From: an uncultured Ignavibacteriales bacterium
Lineage (GTDB): Bacteria > Zixibacteria > MSB-5A5 > GN15 > FEB-12
Direction of reading: 5' to 3'
DNA length: 64,000 nt
NCBI GenBank assembly: GCA_964464605.1
Contig: CAYXJN010000006.1
Location: 1-64,000, forward strand
Both the position numbers and the translations under genes were made by a program. The notes beneath the pieces were generated by a model. That model was not told where the DNA came from, ran no database searches, and was given only the letters and a program-made list of their open reading frames with translations. This document shows positions 1-12,073 of this stretch, one piece after another (the stretch's first letter is position 1; each line of letters starts with the position of its first letter).

Positions 1-1532
1 ATTTAGCGGGGCAGGAGGCCGGTTTGCATGTCTCGACTGATACCGGAACCTCATGGACAAAAGTTCCGATCGATCTGGCTGATACAACCTTAACGAATAA
101 ACGGAATGTCGTGCATGCGCTGGCATCATTGGGAGATACGCTTTGGGTCGGTACCGATTCCGGATTGGTCACCCTCTTTTTAGATCCCGTCGGTGCGATT
201 GATTCTTCCCGTTTCCATGTATTCGCTGAGAGTGCGACAAGCGGAGCGCGGGTTATACGCGTACGTACACAAGTGTACGGCACTGATTCGCTCGCGGTTT
301 GGACAGTGAACCGTGCATTAACAGGAGCAGGAGAACCGATTATCGCTCGCTCGTTTGGTTTCCGTGATACGAGTTTCACGCATTTGCGGGTCGGGGCGCT
401 TTCCCGCGATATTAATTTTCTCGGTGATTCCGCGTTCGTTGTCGGTGGGGCGACCGGTGTGCTTTACGGCGACGTTGCCGGACAGGAATTGTCGTTACAA
501 TACGATGTCGAAGAAAAGCGCGGCACGGTTGTGGTCGATTCTCTGACCGGCGATACCGTAACTTTCATGGCAGTGCACGGTGACACGATACTGCTCGGCG
601 CACGAAAAGGATTTGCCCGTTCGCTTAACCGCGGATCATCATGGGATATTACCCGTATCAATCAGGATTCACTCGGCGCCGATGCGGTGCTTCGTTACGA
701 TAACTCAATTTTCGGTATCACCGGCGACTGGTTTCCGACGCTTGGCATTCAGGAGTTGCCGACGGATACGGTTGCTCGCGTGTGGACGGCATCACGGCGC
801 GCCTTTGACGGTACCGACGGCATAATCGTCGGCGCGCAGCTTGATTTGATTCTGACTGACACACTGGGCAATCCGCTCGATACCGTTCCGACTCGTGTAT
901 GGAAAACAGCGTACGATGAAACATTCGCCTGGAATTTCGCCTTTCACGGAGATACGACCTTCGCCGCAACCGATAACGGATTATTGTATACGACATTTGC
1001 GCCGACCAATGATTCAATTTTTATCGACAGTGAGGTTGAATGGGATACGGTAACTCTGCTTGACTCGGCAGGGGTCCCCTTGGTGTTACCCGGAACAGCA
1101 GTCTATTCAGTCCGCGCGATTCCACCTTATCTGTGGGTCGGAACGGGTGACCGGACGATCCGGATGGATTTGAATACGTTCGATAACCAGGTCGCCTATG
1201 CGAAAACCGATACGAAATCCGCTGATGATGAAGTCTATGCCTTCCCGGCTCCGTATTCACACGGACGGGATTTAGCCATCGACTTCCGTTTCGTGCTGGA
1301 TGCGCCTGATGAAGTGACGATTGAAGTATACGACTTTGCAATGAATCTGGTAAAACGGGTCGCAGACAATTATGCCTTGCCGGCCGGTAATTATCCCGGC
1401 AGCGGCAGTGAGCGTATAACCTGGGACGGACTCAACGGCGAAGGTGAAAAAGTCGCTGTTGGCGTCTATTATTTTAAAGTCGTTCTTTCCGGCGGAGAAA
1501 CTCGCTGGGGGAAATTGGCAATCATTCCGTAA
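1..1532 (+). CDS. Secreted beta-propeller (BNR/Asp-box-like) protein with C-terminal FlgD-Ig/T9SS-CTD-like domain; 5' end probably outside the window
   Basis: Asp-box-like STDTGTSW and SLNRGSSW, LWVGT repeats; C-terminus VYAFPAPY..VTIEVYD..VKRV..WDGLNGEGEKVAVGVYYFKV..KLAII. Confidence 0.7.
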   Translation, partial: LAGQEAGLHVSTDTGTSWTKVPIDLADTTLTNKRNVVHALASLGDTLWVGTDSGLVTLFLDPVGAIDSSRFHVFAESATSGARVIRVRTQVYGTDSLAVWTVNRALTGAGEPIIARSFGFRDTSFTHLRVGALSRDINFLGDSAFVVGGATGVLYGDVAGQELSLQYDVEEKRGTVVVDSLTGDTVTFMAVHGDTILLGARKGFARSLNRGSSWDITRINQDSLGADAVLRYDNSIFGITGDWFPTLGIQELPTDTVARVWTASRRAFDGTDGIIVGAQLDLILTDTLGNPLDTVPTRVWKTAYDETFAWNFAFHGDTTFAATDNGLLYTTFAPTNDSIFIDSEVEWDTVTLLDSAGVPLVLPGTAVYSVRAIPPYLWVGTGDRTIRMDLNTFDNQVAYAKTDTKSADDEVYAFPAPYSHGRDLAIDFRFVLDAPDEVTIEVYDFAMNLVKRVADNYALPAGNYPGSGSERITWDGLNGEGEKVAVGVYYFKVVLSGGETRWGKLAIIP

Positions 1533-1544
1533 GCGAAGGAACCT

Positions 1545-2534
1545 ATGAATTTTCGACAGATACGATTACTCGCGAGTACAGCTTTACTGCTGTTGCCTGT
1601 TTCCCTGTTAGCTGAGGATGAAAAAGGTGGTTCGGCCGGTTCGTTCTGGCAAGTGCCGTTAGGCGCGCGCCCGGCTGCTATGGGTGGCGCCTATATCTCC
1701 GTGGCTGATGACGGCGCAGGTACATTCTATAATCCTGCCGGTTCAGGCGGCATACAGCATCCTTTGTTTGGCGCATCCTATCGATTCATGCAGCTCGATC
1801 GCAGTATCGGCTATGTCCACGGCATGTTTCCGGTGCGAGGTGAAGCGGTAATCGGGTTTGGCTGGCTGTACGCTTCATCCGGAAAACTCACTGCGCGCGA
1901 TGCTGACGGTGATCCACTTGGATTTGATCTCGGCATGGACAATCATGATTTCTTTATTACCTTCGCCAAGCGGTTTGAGAAGTATCTGTCGCTCGGTATC
2001 CGGATGAGCTATTTGTATTCCCGCTTTGCGGAAATGTCATCTTCATCGGTCGGATTTGATGTTGGCTCGGTGCTGTATCTCAGCCAGTTTTTCGACCGTG
2101 AAAAACGAGAAACGATGGCGATTCAGGATATTCAGGCCGGAATAGTTGTTCGCAGAATCGAATCGAATTACCGCTGGAACAATGAAAAGTATCTTTTTGA
2201 GCATGTCGGCGCCGAAATTTCCAATGAACAGGAAGACAAGGTGCCGCTCGAAGGAGGGCTGGGGTTGTCCGCCCGATTTCTTGAACGAAAGCTTTTGCTC
2301 TCGACTGATTTTGTGGTAAAAGAAAAAATCGGCCCACGTTTCCATGCCGGTGCGGAATATCTAATCGCTTCGCAGTTTGCCCTGCGCGGTGGATTTTCCG
2401 ACGGCAGCCTTACCACCGGAGCGGGATACGTGTTCAAAGTGAAAGACCGCAACTTCGCAATCGATTATGCCTTCATTACCGATAAAGCGGATGAAGGATT
2501 GGAACATTTGTTTTCGATTGATCTGCAGTTCTAA
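1545..2534 (+). CDS. PorV/PorQ-family (UPF0164-like) outer-membrane beta-barrel
   Basis: Signal peptide, GARPAAMGGA..A.D....YNPAG motif, C-terminal LRGG..YAF..HLFSIDLQF. Confidence 0.8.
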   Translation: MNFRQIRLLASTALLLLPVSLLAEDEKGGSAGSFWQVPLGARPAAMGGAYISVADDGAGTFYNPAGSGGIQHPLFGASYRFMQLDRSIGYVHGMFPVRGEAVIGFGWLYASSGKLTARDADGDPLGFDLGMDNHDFFITFAKRFEKYLSLGIRMSYLYSRFAEMSSSSVGFDVGSVLYLSQFFDREKRETMAIQDIQAGIVVRRIESNYRWNNEKYLFEHVGAEISNEQEDKVPLEGGLGLSARFLERKLLLSTDFVVKEKIGPRFHAGAEYLIASQFALRGGFSDGSLTTGAGYVFKVKDRNFAIDYAFITDKADEGLEHLFSIDLQF

Positions 2535-2540
2535 AAAAGT

Positions 2541-3428
2541 ATGAAACGATTCGCTGCTCTATTGCTCTTGTTTATCGCACCGTCAGTGATAGCGATTGAC
2601 GGGCTTCCGTTGATGAAGCTCGATGTCTTCGCGCGTCCTGCGGGCATGGCCGGTGCATTCACGGCGATGCATGCCGATCCTGCGGCTGCCGTGTACAATC
2701 CAGCCGGTGCAACGGGAATGACTTCATTCGGCGCAGCGCTTGGGCATGTGCGGTATTGGGATAATATCCGTTTGGAGTCAGCCTATATCGGGATGAGTCT
2801 TTCCCCGAAATCTTTTTTTCATTTCGGCATTCGCTATGCGGCGGACAATGACCTTGAAGCACGGGATTTGACCCCATCCGCCGAACCGGACGCCTTATTC
2901 AGCGCCAACACCGCTTCTTTAAATGGCGGTATTGCCCTGCAGATATCACCAAAGATATCTGCCGGACTCGGACTCGGCTTTTACTATGATAAAATCGAAG
3001 GATGGCATGGTTCAGCGTTTTCAGTGAATGCCGGTGTGCAGGCTGCTCCGATGCCGCATCTGCGTTTGGGAGCCTCAGTGCTGAACCTGGGGCCGTCGTA
3101 TCAATTAGTAAAGCCGGGTGACGTTAACTCCCGCGATATCGACCAGCCGCTTACCGTTCGTGTCGGCGGTTCGTATGAGTATCAGCGCTTGCTTGGCGCG
3201 CTCGATATCGTGATGGTCGATGATGAAGCACGTGTTTTGGTCGGAGCGGAAGGTAAAATTCATCCGAGTCTCACGCTGCGAGCCGGATACCTGCTCAATC
3301 ATGACACCCGCAATTTTACGGCCGGTACAACTATTTCCTGGCGTAATTTCGGACTCAGCTATGCGATTGCTCCGTATAAAGCGGATCTCGGTTTGACGCA
3401 CTTGTTCACGCTCTCAACGGCGTTGTAA
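2541..3428 (+). CDS. PorV/PorQ-family outer-membrane beta-barrel (paralogue)
   Basis: Signal peptide, ARPAGMAGA...YNPAG, LRAGY, THLFTLS. Confidence 0.8.
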   Translation: MKRFAALLLLFIAPSVIAIDGLPLMKLDVFARPAGMAGAFTAMHADPAAAVYNPAGATGMTSFGAALGHVRYWDNIRLESAYIGMSLSPKSFFHFGIRYAADNDLEARDLTPSAEPDALFSANTASLNGGIALQISPKISAGLGLGFYYDKIEGWHGSAFSVNAGVQAAPMPHLRLGASVLNLGPSYQLVKPGDVNSRDIDQPLTVRVGGSYEYQRLLGALDIVMVDDEARVLVGAEGKIHPSLTLRAGYLLNHDTRNFTAGTTISWRNFGLSYAIAPYKADLGLTHLFTLSTAL

Positions 3429-3433
3429 TCAAT

Positions 3434-3907
3434 ATGGCCGATTCGGTCAGTATCACTCCGGCGCACGAATCACATCATATTCCAGAAATCAAAACGCTCT
3501 TTCTTGAGTATGCGCAATCGTTAAACTTTTCACTCTGTTTTCAAGGGTTCGATAAAGAATTAGACGGGTTGCCCGGTTACTACGCGCCGCCGCGCGGCGC
3601 ATTGTTGGCGGCGAAGGTAGGGGATGCCTACGCCGGGTGTATTGCTCTCAGGCCGCTTGAAGAAAATATCTGCGAAATGAAACGATTATTCGTGCGAAAC
3701 CAGTTTCGCGGATTGCAAATCGGTAAAAAACTCGCTGTAACGATTTTGGAGGAGGGCAGTCGGTTGGGGTACGAAAAAATGCGGTTGGATACTGTACCGA
3801 TTATGCAGCCTGCAATTGCGCTTTACCGTTCACTCGGTTTTGTCGAGATACCGCCGTATTGCGAAAATCCGGTAGACGGAGCGTTGTATATGGAAATCAG
3901 ACTTTGA
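3434..3907 (+). CDS. GNAT N-acetyltransferase
   Basis: CEMKRLFV..FRGLQIGKKL motif A; AIALYRSLGF. Confidence 0.9.
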   Translation: MADSVSITPAHESHHIPEIKTLFLEYAQSLNFSLCFQGFDKELDGLPGYYAPPRGALLAAKVGDAYAGCIALRPLEENICEMKRLFVRNQFRGLQIGKKLAVTILEEGSRLGYEKMRLDTVPIMQPAIALYRSLGFVEIPPYCENPVDGALYMEIRL

Positions 3908-4496
3908 TTCGCTGAGCGATAATACCGACCGCTTTGGCGAGTGCGCGGCCGCGATGGCTGATTTGATTTTTTTCTTCAAGCGTCAGTTCTGAAAATCGTT
4001 TTCCGGGCGTGGGGGAGTAAAAGACCGGGTCATAACCGAAGCCTTTATCTCCGACTATATCTTCAGTTATATATCCTTCCGAAACGCCATCAGCATAGTC
4101 GACTTCCTGTTCATTCCAGCAGATTGCAATCACACAGCGGAACCGGGCGGTACGTTGCTCTTTTGGGATGCTCTGCATTTCCTGAATCAACTTGCGGCAG
4201 TTATCAGCGTAGGTGACATTTTCTCCGGCATAGCGGGAAGAATAGACACCCGGTGCGCCGTTTAAGGCATCAACCTCAAGTCCGCTGTCATCACTGAGAG
4301 CAGGTAGTTTGAATGCCTGATAAATTGCTTTCGCTTTTATCAGTGCGTTTTCACGCAGGGTCGTGCCGGTTTCTTCCGGGTCGGGGAAATTCTCGAAATC
4401 ATCCTTGGTCTTGATAACGATAGGAAGCGATGATAGCGCAGAACGAATTTCCTTAACTTTATCTCTGTTATTGGTGGCAAGAATAATAGTGTGCAC
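3897..4496 (-). CDS. rdgB: Non-canonical purine NTP pyrophosphatase (RdgB/HAM1)
   Basis: ATNN..KVKE, ENALIKA, DDSGL, PGVYSSR, FGYDPVF, KNQISHR; GTG start. Confidence 0.95.
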   Translation of the reverse strand: MHTIILATNNRDKVKEIRSALSSLPIVIKTKDDFENFPDPEETGTTLRENALIKAKAIYQAFKLPALSDDSGLEVDALNGAPGVYSSRYAGENVTYADNCRKLIQEMQSIPKEQRTARFRCVIAICWNEQEVDYADGVSEGYITEDIVGDKGFGYDPVFYSPTPGKRFSELTLEEKNQISHRGRALAKAVGIIAQRIKV

Positions 4497-4509
4497 GAAA
4501 GCCTGCGGA

Positions 4510-5328
4510 TTAGTAACGGGTGATATCGATTCGGGCGATATTGTCGACGATTTGCCCTAAAAACCGGGTGGCAACCTGTGAGAATTTTTCCGGTACATCG
4601 CTGACATAAAAACGATGCTGCGAAAGCGGGATCTGTTTGGAATCGCTTTGCAGAAGATTACATGCGGCCAGTTTCTGTTTTACTTCGCGGGCGGTTTCCT
4701 CACCGCTGTCGATAAGGGTGACATGGTCTCCCATAACATCCTGAATCACCTGACGCAATAGCGGATAGTGCGTGCAGCCGAGCACGAGGGTATCGATATC
4801 GACCTCCTGCATGGTACGTAAATAATCCCGCGCGATTAAAAAGGTTGCATCTTTGTCGATGTACCCTTCCTCTGCAAGCGGCACAAAAAGGGGACAGGCG
4901 AGGGAGAAGACTTTCAAGTCAGGCTTGATTTCATGAATCGTACGGGCATAGGCATTGGAATTGATTGTCGCATGTGTTCCGATAACGCCGATCCGGCCGT
5001 TTTTTGTTTTGTTTGCAGCGGCGCGTGCGCCCGGTTCGATTACGCCGATCATTTCGACCGGGGATTCTTTGCTGACTTCATCGAAAGCAACCGATGAAAC
5101 CGTGTTACAGGCGCAGATGATATACTTCACCTTTTGTTCAGCCAGAAAGGCAACATCCTGACGGGTGAAGGCGGTAATAATTTCTTTAGAGCGGCCGCCA
5201 TAGGGATACCGGCCGACATCCCCAAAATAGATGACATGCTCCTGCGGCAGCTGTTTAAACAGCTCTTTGGCGACCGTTAAACCGCCGACGCCGGAATCGA
5301 ATATGCCGATTGGGGCAGAGGTAGTCAT
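4510..5328 (-). CDS. murI: Glutamate racemase
   Basis: FDSGVGGLTV, ACNT, LGCTHYP. Confidence 0.97.
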   Translation of the reverse strand: MTTSAPIGIFDSGVGGLTVAKELFKQLPQEHVIYFGDVGRYPYGGRSKEIITAFTRQDVAFLAEQKVKYIICACNTVSSVAFDEVSKESPVEMIGVIEPGARAAANKTKNGRIGVIGTHATINSNAYARTIHEIKPDLKVFSLACPLFVPLAEEGYIDKDATFLIARDYLRTMQEVDIDTLVLGCTHYPLLRQVIQDVMGDHVTLIDSGEETAREVKQKLAACNLLQSDSKQIPLSQHRFYVSDVPEKFSQVATRFLGQIVDNIARIDITRY

Positions 5329-5334
5329 GCCGGT

Positions 5335-6861
5335 CTATTCGTAGGTTTTCTTGAATTGTTTAATCGCATCATAAATGGCCTGGGCTAAACTTTGCTGATA
5401 GGCCTGAGAATTCAAAACTTTTTCTTCGTTCCGGTTGGTGATAAATCCGGACTCGATAAGTACGGAGGGCATGAACACTTTGTTCAGCACGAAAAATCCT
5501 GCCTGGTCGACCCCGCGGTTGCGAACGGGAAGAGAACGCATTTTCCGTTCGAGCATCATGGCGAATTTTTCCGATTCATCCTGAAACTCGGTCATGAGCA
5601 TTTCATTCAGAATATGCGAAACCGGGTCTAAACTGCTGTCTTTGCTTTCAGCCTGCTGATGCTGCAGGAGTGAATTTTGCTCCCTGAGGAAAAAGCTGTT
5701 TTCAAATTGCTCGGCGGCTCGCGCAGAGTCGTTCTTTGCAGGAGCCAGAAAAAACACGTTCCAGCCGCGTGCAGCGGACTTTGGTGAAGCATTAGCGTGA
5801 ATCGAAACAAACAGGTCAGCCCCGGCATTGTTCGCGATATCGGCCCGCTCCTGCAGGGAAACTGTTTTGTCCCGGTCGCGAGTCATAATGACTTTGAAGT
5901 CAGAATCAGCGCGTAACAGTTTGGCGAGCTCTTTGGCGATAGCAAGCGTAACATCCTTCTCTCGTTTTTTCCCCGGACCGATAGCGCCGTAATCAACTCC
6001 GCCATGGCCAGCATCGACGATGATAACATCGATAACTTTATCAACCGACAGCGACGGCGGCGTAGCGGCCGGTGGTGGGGAGATAGTCGGCGGTGTGTAG
6101 TTTTCGTCGACGAAAGAAATCTGAATTGTCGGCGGATCCTGTTGTAACGTGTGATGCCATTTTTTGATGTTTTGTTTCATCCGCATCGAAATCTGGCCGG
6201 TTGAACCCTGCTGGTGCACTTTTAGATCAAACAGATATCGTTTATCCATACGCGCTAATACCTGTTTAGCGTTTATTTGCGCATCACGGATAGAAACATT
6301 CAGCCAGTTTCCTTCGGTGATGAATACATCATATACGCGCGGTTCACTCAACGCGATTTCGACAAGCAGACCGTTCGCTTTTGCGGCAATGCCGATATCC
6401 GGCACCGTGTAATTTTTTTGACTGCTGCGGTCGAGCCGGGCTTCTTCACCTTTGACCTGTGATGTGAGTACCGCATTAGACGGAGCTGCCGCCTTATCTT
6501 TAAAGAATGGGAGAAAGGTTTCGGTGGGGAGAAACAGCTGGCCATCCCGCAGACAGGCGACGTAGACAAAGTTGTACCCTTTATCATCCTTGAAAAAGTA
6601 GGGAGAACCGACTAAGAAGCGGAGTTTCAGGCTGTCATCGGTATAAGTGATAGTATAGCCGACTTTTTCCCAGTCGAGTATACCGCCCATGGTGGTCGCC
6701 ATTTGTGAGAATGAAAAATATTCGACGCCGTTGGTATCGATAATCTCAACGATTTCACTCAGCCCGCCCAAGGTAATCTGCTTTTCTTTCGCAACCGAAA
6801 GCAACGGCAGCATGAGAGATATAAAAACTGTATAGACAACTACACGCAGTCGAGAGAGCAT
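5335..6861 (-). CDS. N-acetylmuramoyl-L-alanine amidase (Amidase_3) with N-terminal AMIN-like region
   Basis: DAGHGG, EK..TL, R..IAN...ADLFVSIHAN, PSVLIESGF; signal peptide. Confidence 0.92.
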   Translation of the reverse strand: MLSRLRVVVYTVFISLMLPLLSVAKEKQITLGGLSEIVEIIDTNGVEYFSFSQMATTMGGILDWEKVGYTITYTDDSLKLRFLVGSPYFFKDDKGYNFVYVACLRDGQLFLPTETFLPFFKDKAAAPSNAVLTSQVKGEEARLDRSSQKNYTVPDIGIAAKANGLLVEIALSEPRVYDVFITEGNWLNVSIRDAQINAKQVLARMDKRYLFDLKVHQQGSTGQISMRMKQNIKKWHHTLQQDPPTIQISFVDENYTPPTISPPPAATPPSLSVDKVIDVIIVDAGHGGVDYGAIGPGKKREKDVTLAIAKELAKLLRADSDFKVIMTRDRDKTVSLQERADIANNAGADLFVSIHANASPKSAARGWNVFFLAPAKNDSARAAEQFENSFFLREQNSLLQHQQAESKDSSLDPVSHILNEMLMTEFQDESEKFAMMLERKMRSLPVRNRGVDQAGFFVLNKVFMPSVLIESGFITNRNEEKVLNSQAYQQSLAQAIYDAIKQFKKTYE

Positions 6862-7325
6862 TATCTTCCTTTACGCAGAACCCGTTGAATGCGCCGTTTG
6901 GCGTCTGCCTCGGCGATCGAGCTCCGTTTATCAAATTCCTTTTTACCGCGCCCCACACCAAGTTCCACTTTGGCGACTTTCCCTTTGAAGTATATCATAA
7001 GCGGAACAATCGTCATTCCTTTTTGTTCGGTGGCTGCAAATAACTTTCTGATTTCCTTTTTATGCAAGAGCAAACGACGCGGCCGGTCCGGGTCATGGTT
7101 CTCGTGTGCGCTCATTTTGTACGGGGTAATATTCAAATTGCGAAGAAACACTTCACCGTTGCTGATTGCGGCGTATGAATCGGAGAGATTGACTTTCCCG
7201 TCCCGAAGCGATTTGACCTCGGTTCCGACCAATGCAATTCCTGCTTCATACTTATCTGTAATCTCGTACAGATGGAATGCTTTTCGGTTTCGTACAACGA
7301 TATGAATTTCCGGTTTTTCAGCCAT
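6861..7325 (-). CDS. smpB: SsrA-binding protein
   Basis: NRKA, EAGIALVGTEVKSLR, RRLLLHKKEI, GKKEFDKR; start taken at ATG 7325. Confidence 0.97.
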   Translation of the reverse strand: MAEKPEIHIVVRNRKAFHLYEITDKYEAGIALVGTEVKSLRDGKVNLSDSYAAISNGEVFLRNLNITPYKMSAHENHDPDRPRRLLLHKKEIRKLFAATEQKGMTIVPLMIYFKGKVAKVELGVGRGKKEFDKRSSIAEADAKRRIQRVLRKGR

Positions 7326-7495
7326 AAGCTGTAACAATAGGACTTCCTGTTCCCATAGGCAACGAAAATCGGTATATCTTCTTGCAGGAGTATGAGTTAT
7401 ATGGAGTTACCGGAAAGCCGCCCATCAAACCGCTTTCTTTTTACCGGATAGCCTTTCCCGCCAAAATGACCGTCGGTTCGGTATAGGAAAGGGAC

Positions 7496-7523
7496 TAAAC
7501 ATTTTTTCGCGGTCTGCCGATAT
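7496..7523 (+). promoter_or_regulatory. Putative sigma-28 (FliA/SigD-type) promoter
   Basis: TAAA-N16-GCCGATAT, 55 nt upstream of the response regulator ATG. Confidence 0.5.
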
Positions 7524-7578
7524 GATTGGTGAGGGTAAAAGACCCGTAACGAGGCCAAGGAGAAAGGCGTAACAGGAT

Positions 7579-7980
7579 ATGTCGTACAAGATTCAGATAG
7601 CGGGCGCCAAGATTTTAGTCATCGATGATGAACCTGAGATCACGGAAATTGTCGAAGCGTTTCTTACCGAAGCCGGATATAAAGTTCAGGTCGAAAATAA
7701 TCCGCAGAATTCATTCGAAGCCGCCGGCTCATTCAAACCGGATATTATTCTCTTGGATATCATGATGCCGGGCGCTGACGGGTATGATATCTGCGCGAAA
7801 TTCAAAAACAATCCACAGTTCAGCAATACGCCGATCATTTTCCTGACCGGAAAAGACCGGAACGACGATATGGGACGTTCATTCAAAGCGGGCGGCGATA
7901 TGTTTATCAAGAAGCCGTTTTCCTGCGAACGTCTGCTTGAAATCGTCAATATCGTTCTGATGTCCGCCGGCAAACGGTGA
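7579..7980 (+). CDS. Single-domain response regulator (CheY-like receiver)
   Basis: ILVIDDE, LLDIMMP, FLT, KPF; no output domain. Confidence 0.92.
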   Translation: MSYKIQIAGAKILVIDDEPEITEIVEAFLTEAGYKVQVENNPQNSFEAAGSFKPDIILLDIMMPGADGYDICAKFKNNPQFSNTPIIFLTGKDRNDDMGRSFKAGGDMFIKKPFSCERLLEIVNIVLMSAGKR

Positions 7981-8033
7981 CGCCGTCACTTTAGTGCCTT
8001 CGGCCAGCTTTTCGATTTCAATTCCCTGCTAAT

Positions 8034-10612
<2,579 letters not shown>

Positions 10613-10614
10613 GA

Positions 10615-11376
10615 CTAACGGAGGTCTTTCATCCGTTCCCGAGACTGCTCGGCTTCGAGCGTATTCGGAAATTCATCGACAATGCGCTGGAAGGTTTTCT
10701 TCGCATCCGCCTTTTTCCCGAGTTCCTGCTGTGAACGTCCCAGTTTGTACAACGATTTGGAAGTGAGTTCGGAACTCTTGTATTGATTCAATACAATATC
10801 GAACTCAGCAATCGCTTCATCGTACTTTTCAAGGGCGTAAAAGCTTTCACCGATCCAGTAATGGGCATTTTTAGCCAGATTGTGTTTTTCACAGCTGGTT
10901 AAAAAGGTGCGGAATCCGGTAATCGCTTTTTCGTATTCACCCCGTCTGACTAAGATGAATGATTCATCGTAAGAATTTGCGCAGTCGCTTGCTGCCTGTC
11001 CGGACATTCCGGCGCTGGCATCTGAGGCTCCCGGCGATGATTTCAGCGTGTCAGGTTTTGTGGAGCGGGGGACACGGCGGAGATCGTCGATTTTCTGCAG
11101 CAGATCATTGTAGTTAGCCAAAAGGGAACTTATCTGACGCTGGAGATCCTCAACCGTCATGTTCAAATCATTGCGCAGCTTTTTCGATTCAAGTGATTCC
11201 AGAGCCAGAGTGGAGTCCATGCGGGCTACCCGATCAAGAATCTCTTTATTCTGCGCCTGGACGACTTTGACTTCATCCTTGATTTCATTCGCCTGCCGCG
11301 GTGTGACACAGCCGGAGAAAATAAATGCCGCCACGGAAAACGTGGCGGCAGTGGTTAGCATGATTCGTGATGTCAT
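10615..11376 (-). CDS. cpoB: Tol-Pal system protein CpoB/YbgF (lipoprotein, coiled coil plus TPR)
   Basis: Lipobox FSGC, coiled coil, NAHYWIGE TPR; follows pal. Confidence 0.9.
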   Translation of the reverse strand: MTSRIMLTTAATFSVAAFIFSGCVTPRQANEIKDEVKVVQAQNKEILDRVARMDSTLALESLESKKLRNDLNMTVEDLQRQISSLLANYNDLLQKIDDLRRVPRSTKPDTLKSSPGASDASAGMSGQAASDCANSYDESFILVRRGEYEKAITGFRTFLTSCEKHNLAKNAHYWIGESFYALEKYDEAIAEFDIVLNQYKSSELTSKSLYKLGRSQQELGKKADAKKTFQRIVDEFPNTLEAEQSRERMKDLR

Positions 11377-11393
11377 AGCGTTACCCCTTCGGG

Positions 11394-11906
11394 TTACTGA
11401 GACACGATCTTAAATTCAGCGCGGCGGTTTTTCGACCAGGCGGTTTCGCTTGCACCCATTTCAACCGGGCGTTCTTTGCCGTAGGAGATGATCGAAAGTC
11501 TGGCCGGATCGATACCGAGACCGGTCAGGTAATCCATCGTTGCGCGGGCGCGTTTTTCGCCGAGCACCAAGTTGTATTCGATCGTGCCGCGTTCATCGCA
11601 ATGTCCTTCGATTTTGACCACCACTTTCGAGAACTGTTTCAACAATTCGTAGTTGGCGTCAAGCGCAGCTTTTGCGTCTGAACGAAGATTGTATTTATCA
11701 TAATCGAAATAGACAGTAGCCAATTGACCTTCCTTGAGATCAGTATCGGTCATAGCTGGGGGCGGTTCAACTGGTTTAGTTTCAGGCTGTGTTTGCGTCG
11801 TTACCGGTGGCGGAGTAGTTCCGATGTTATCCTTTTTCGGACCACAGCCATAGAATCCTATACCCGCAATCAGTAGTGCTGAGATAAGAAGCAAATGTTT
11901 CTTCAT
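11394..11906 (-). CDS. pal: Peptidoglycan-associated lipoprotein
   Basis: Lipobox, YFDYDK, EGHCDERGT.EYN..LGEKRA, SYGKERP, NRRAE. Confidence 0.96.
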   Translation of the reverse strand: MKKHLLLISALLIAGIGFYGCGPKKDNIGTTPPPVTTQTQPETKPVEPPPAMTDTDLKEGQLATVYFDYDKYNLRSDAKAALDANYELLKQFSKVVVKIEGHCDERGTIEYNLVLGEKRARATMDYLTGLGIDPARLSIISYGKERPVEMGASETAWSKNRRAEFKIVSQ

Positions 11907-12073
11907 TGTTTAGTCTCCTCTATACAATCCATGTTATTTTTCAACGCCATATCGTATATGGCAAGCTACGCCTGCCTGCAAACGTGGTCAATAAAAAACA
12001 GCCTATAATAATGCCGCTTTTACGGCTTATACACGAAGGGGTTAGCGGGGTGCCCGTTTAACTGACAGAAAAT

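Noticed and set aside
7338..7578. tmRNA (ssrA) next to smpB
   Set aside because: Region is too short and I found no tRNA-like ends or tag reading frame.
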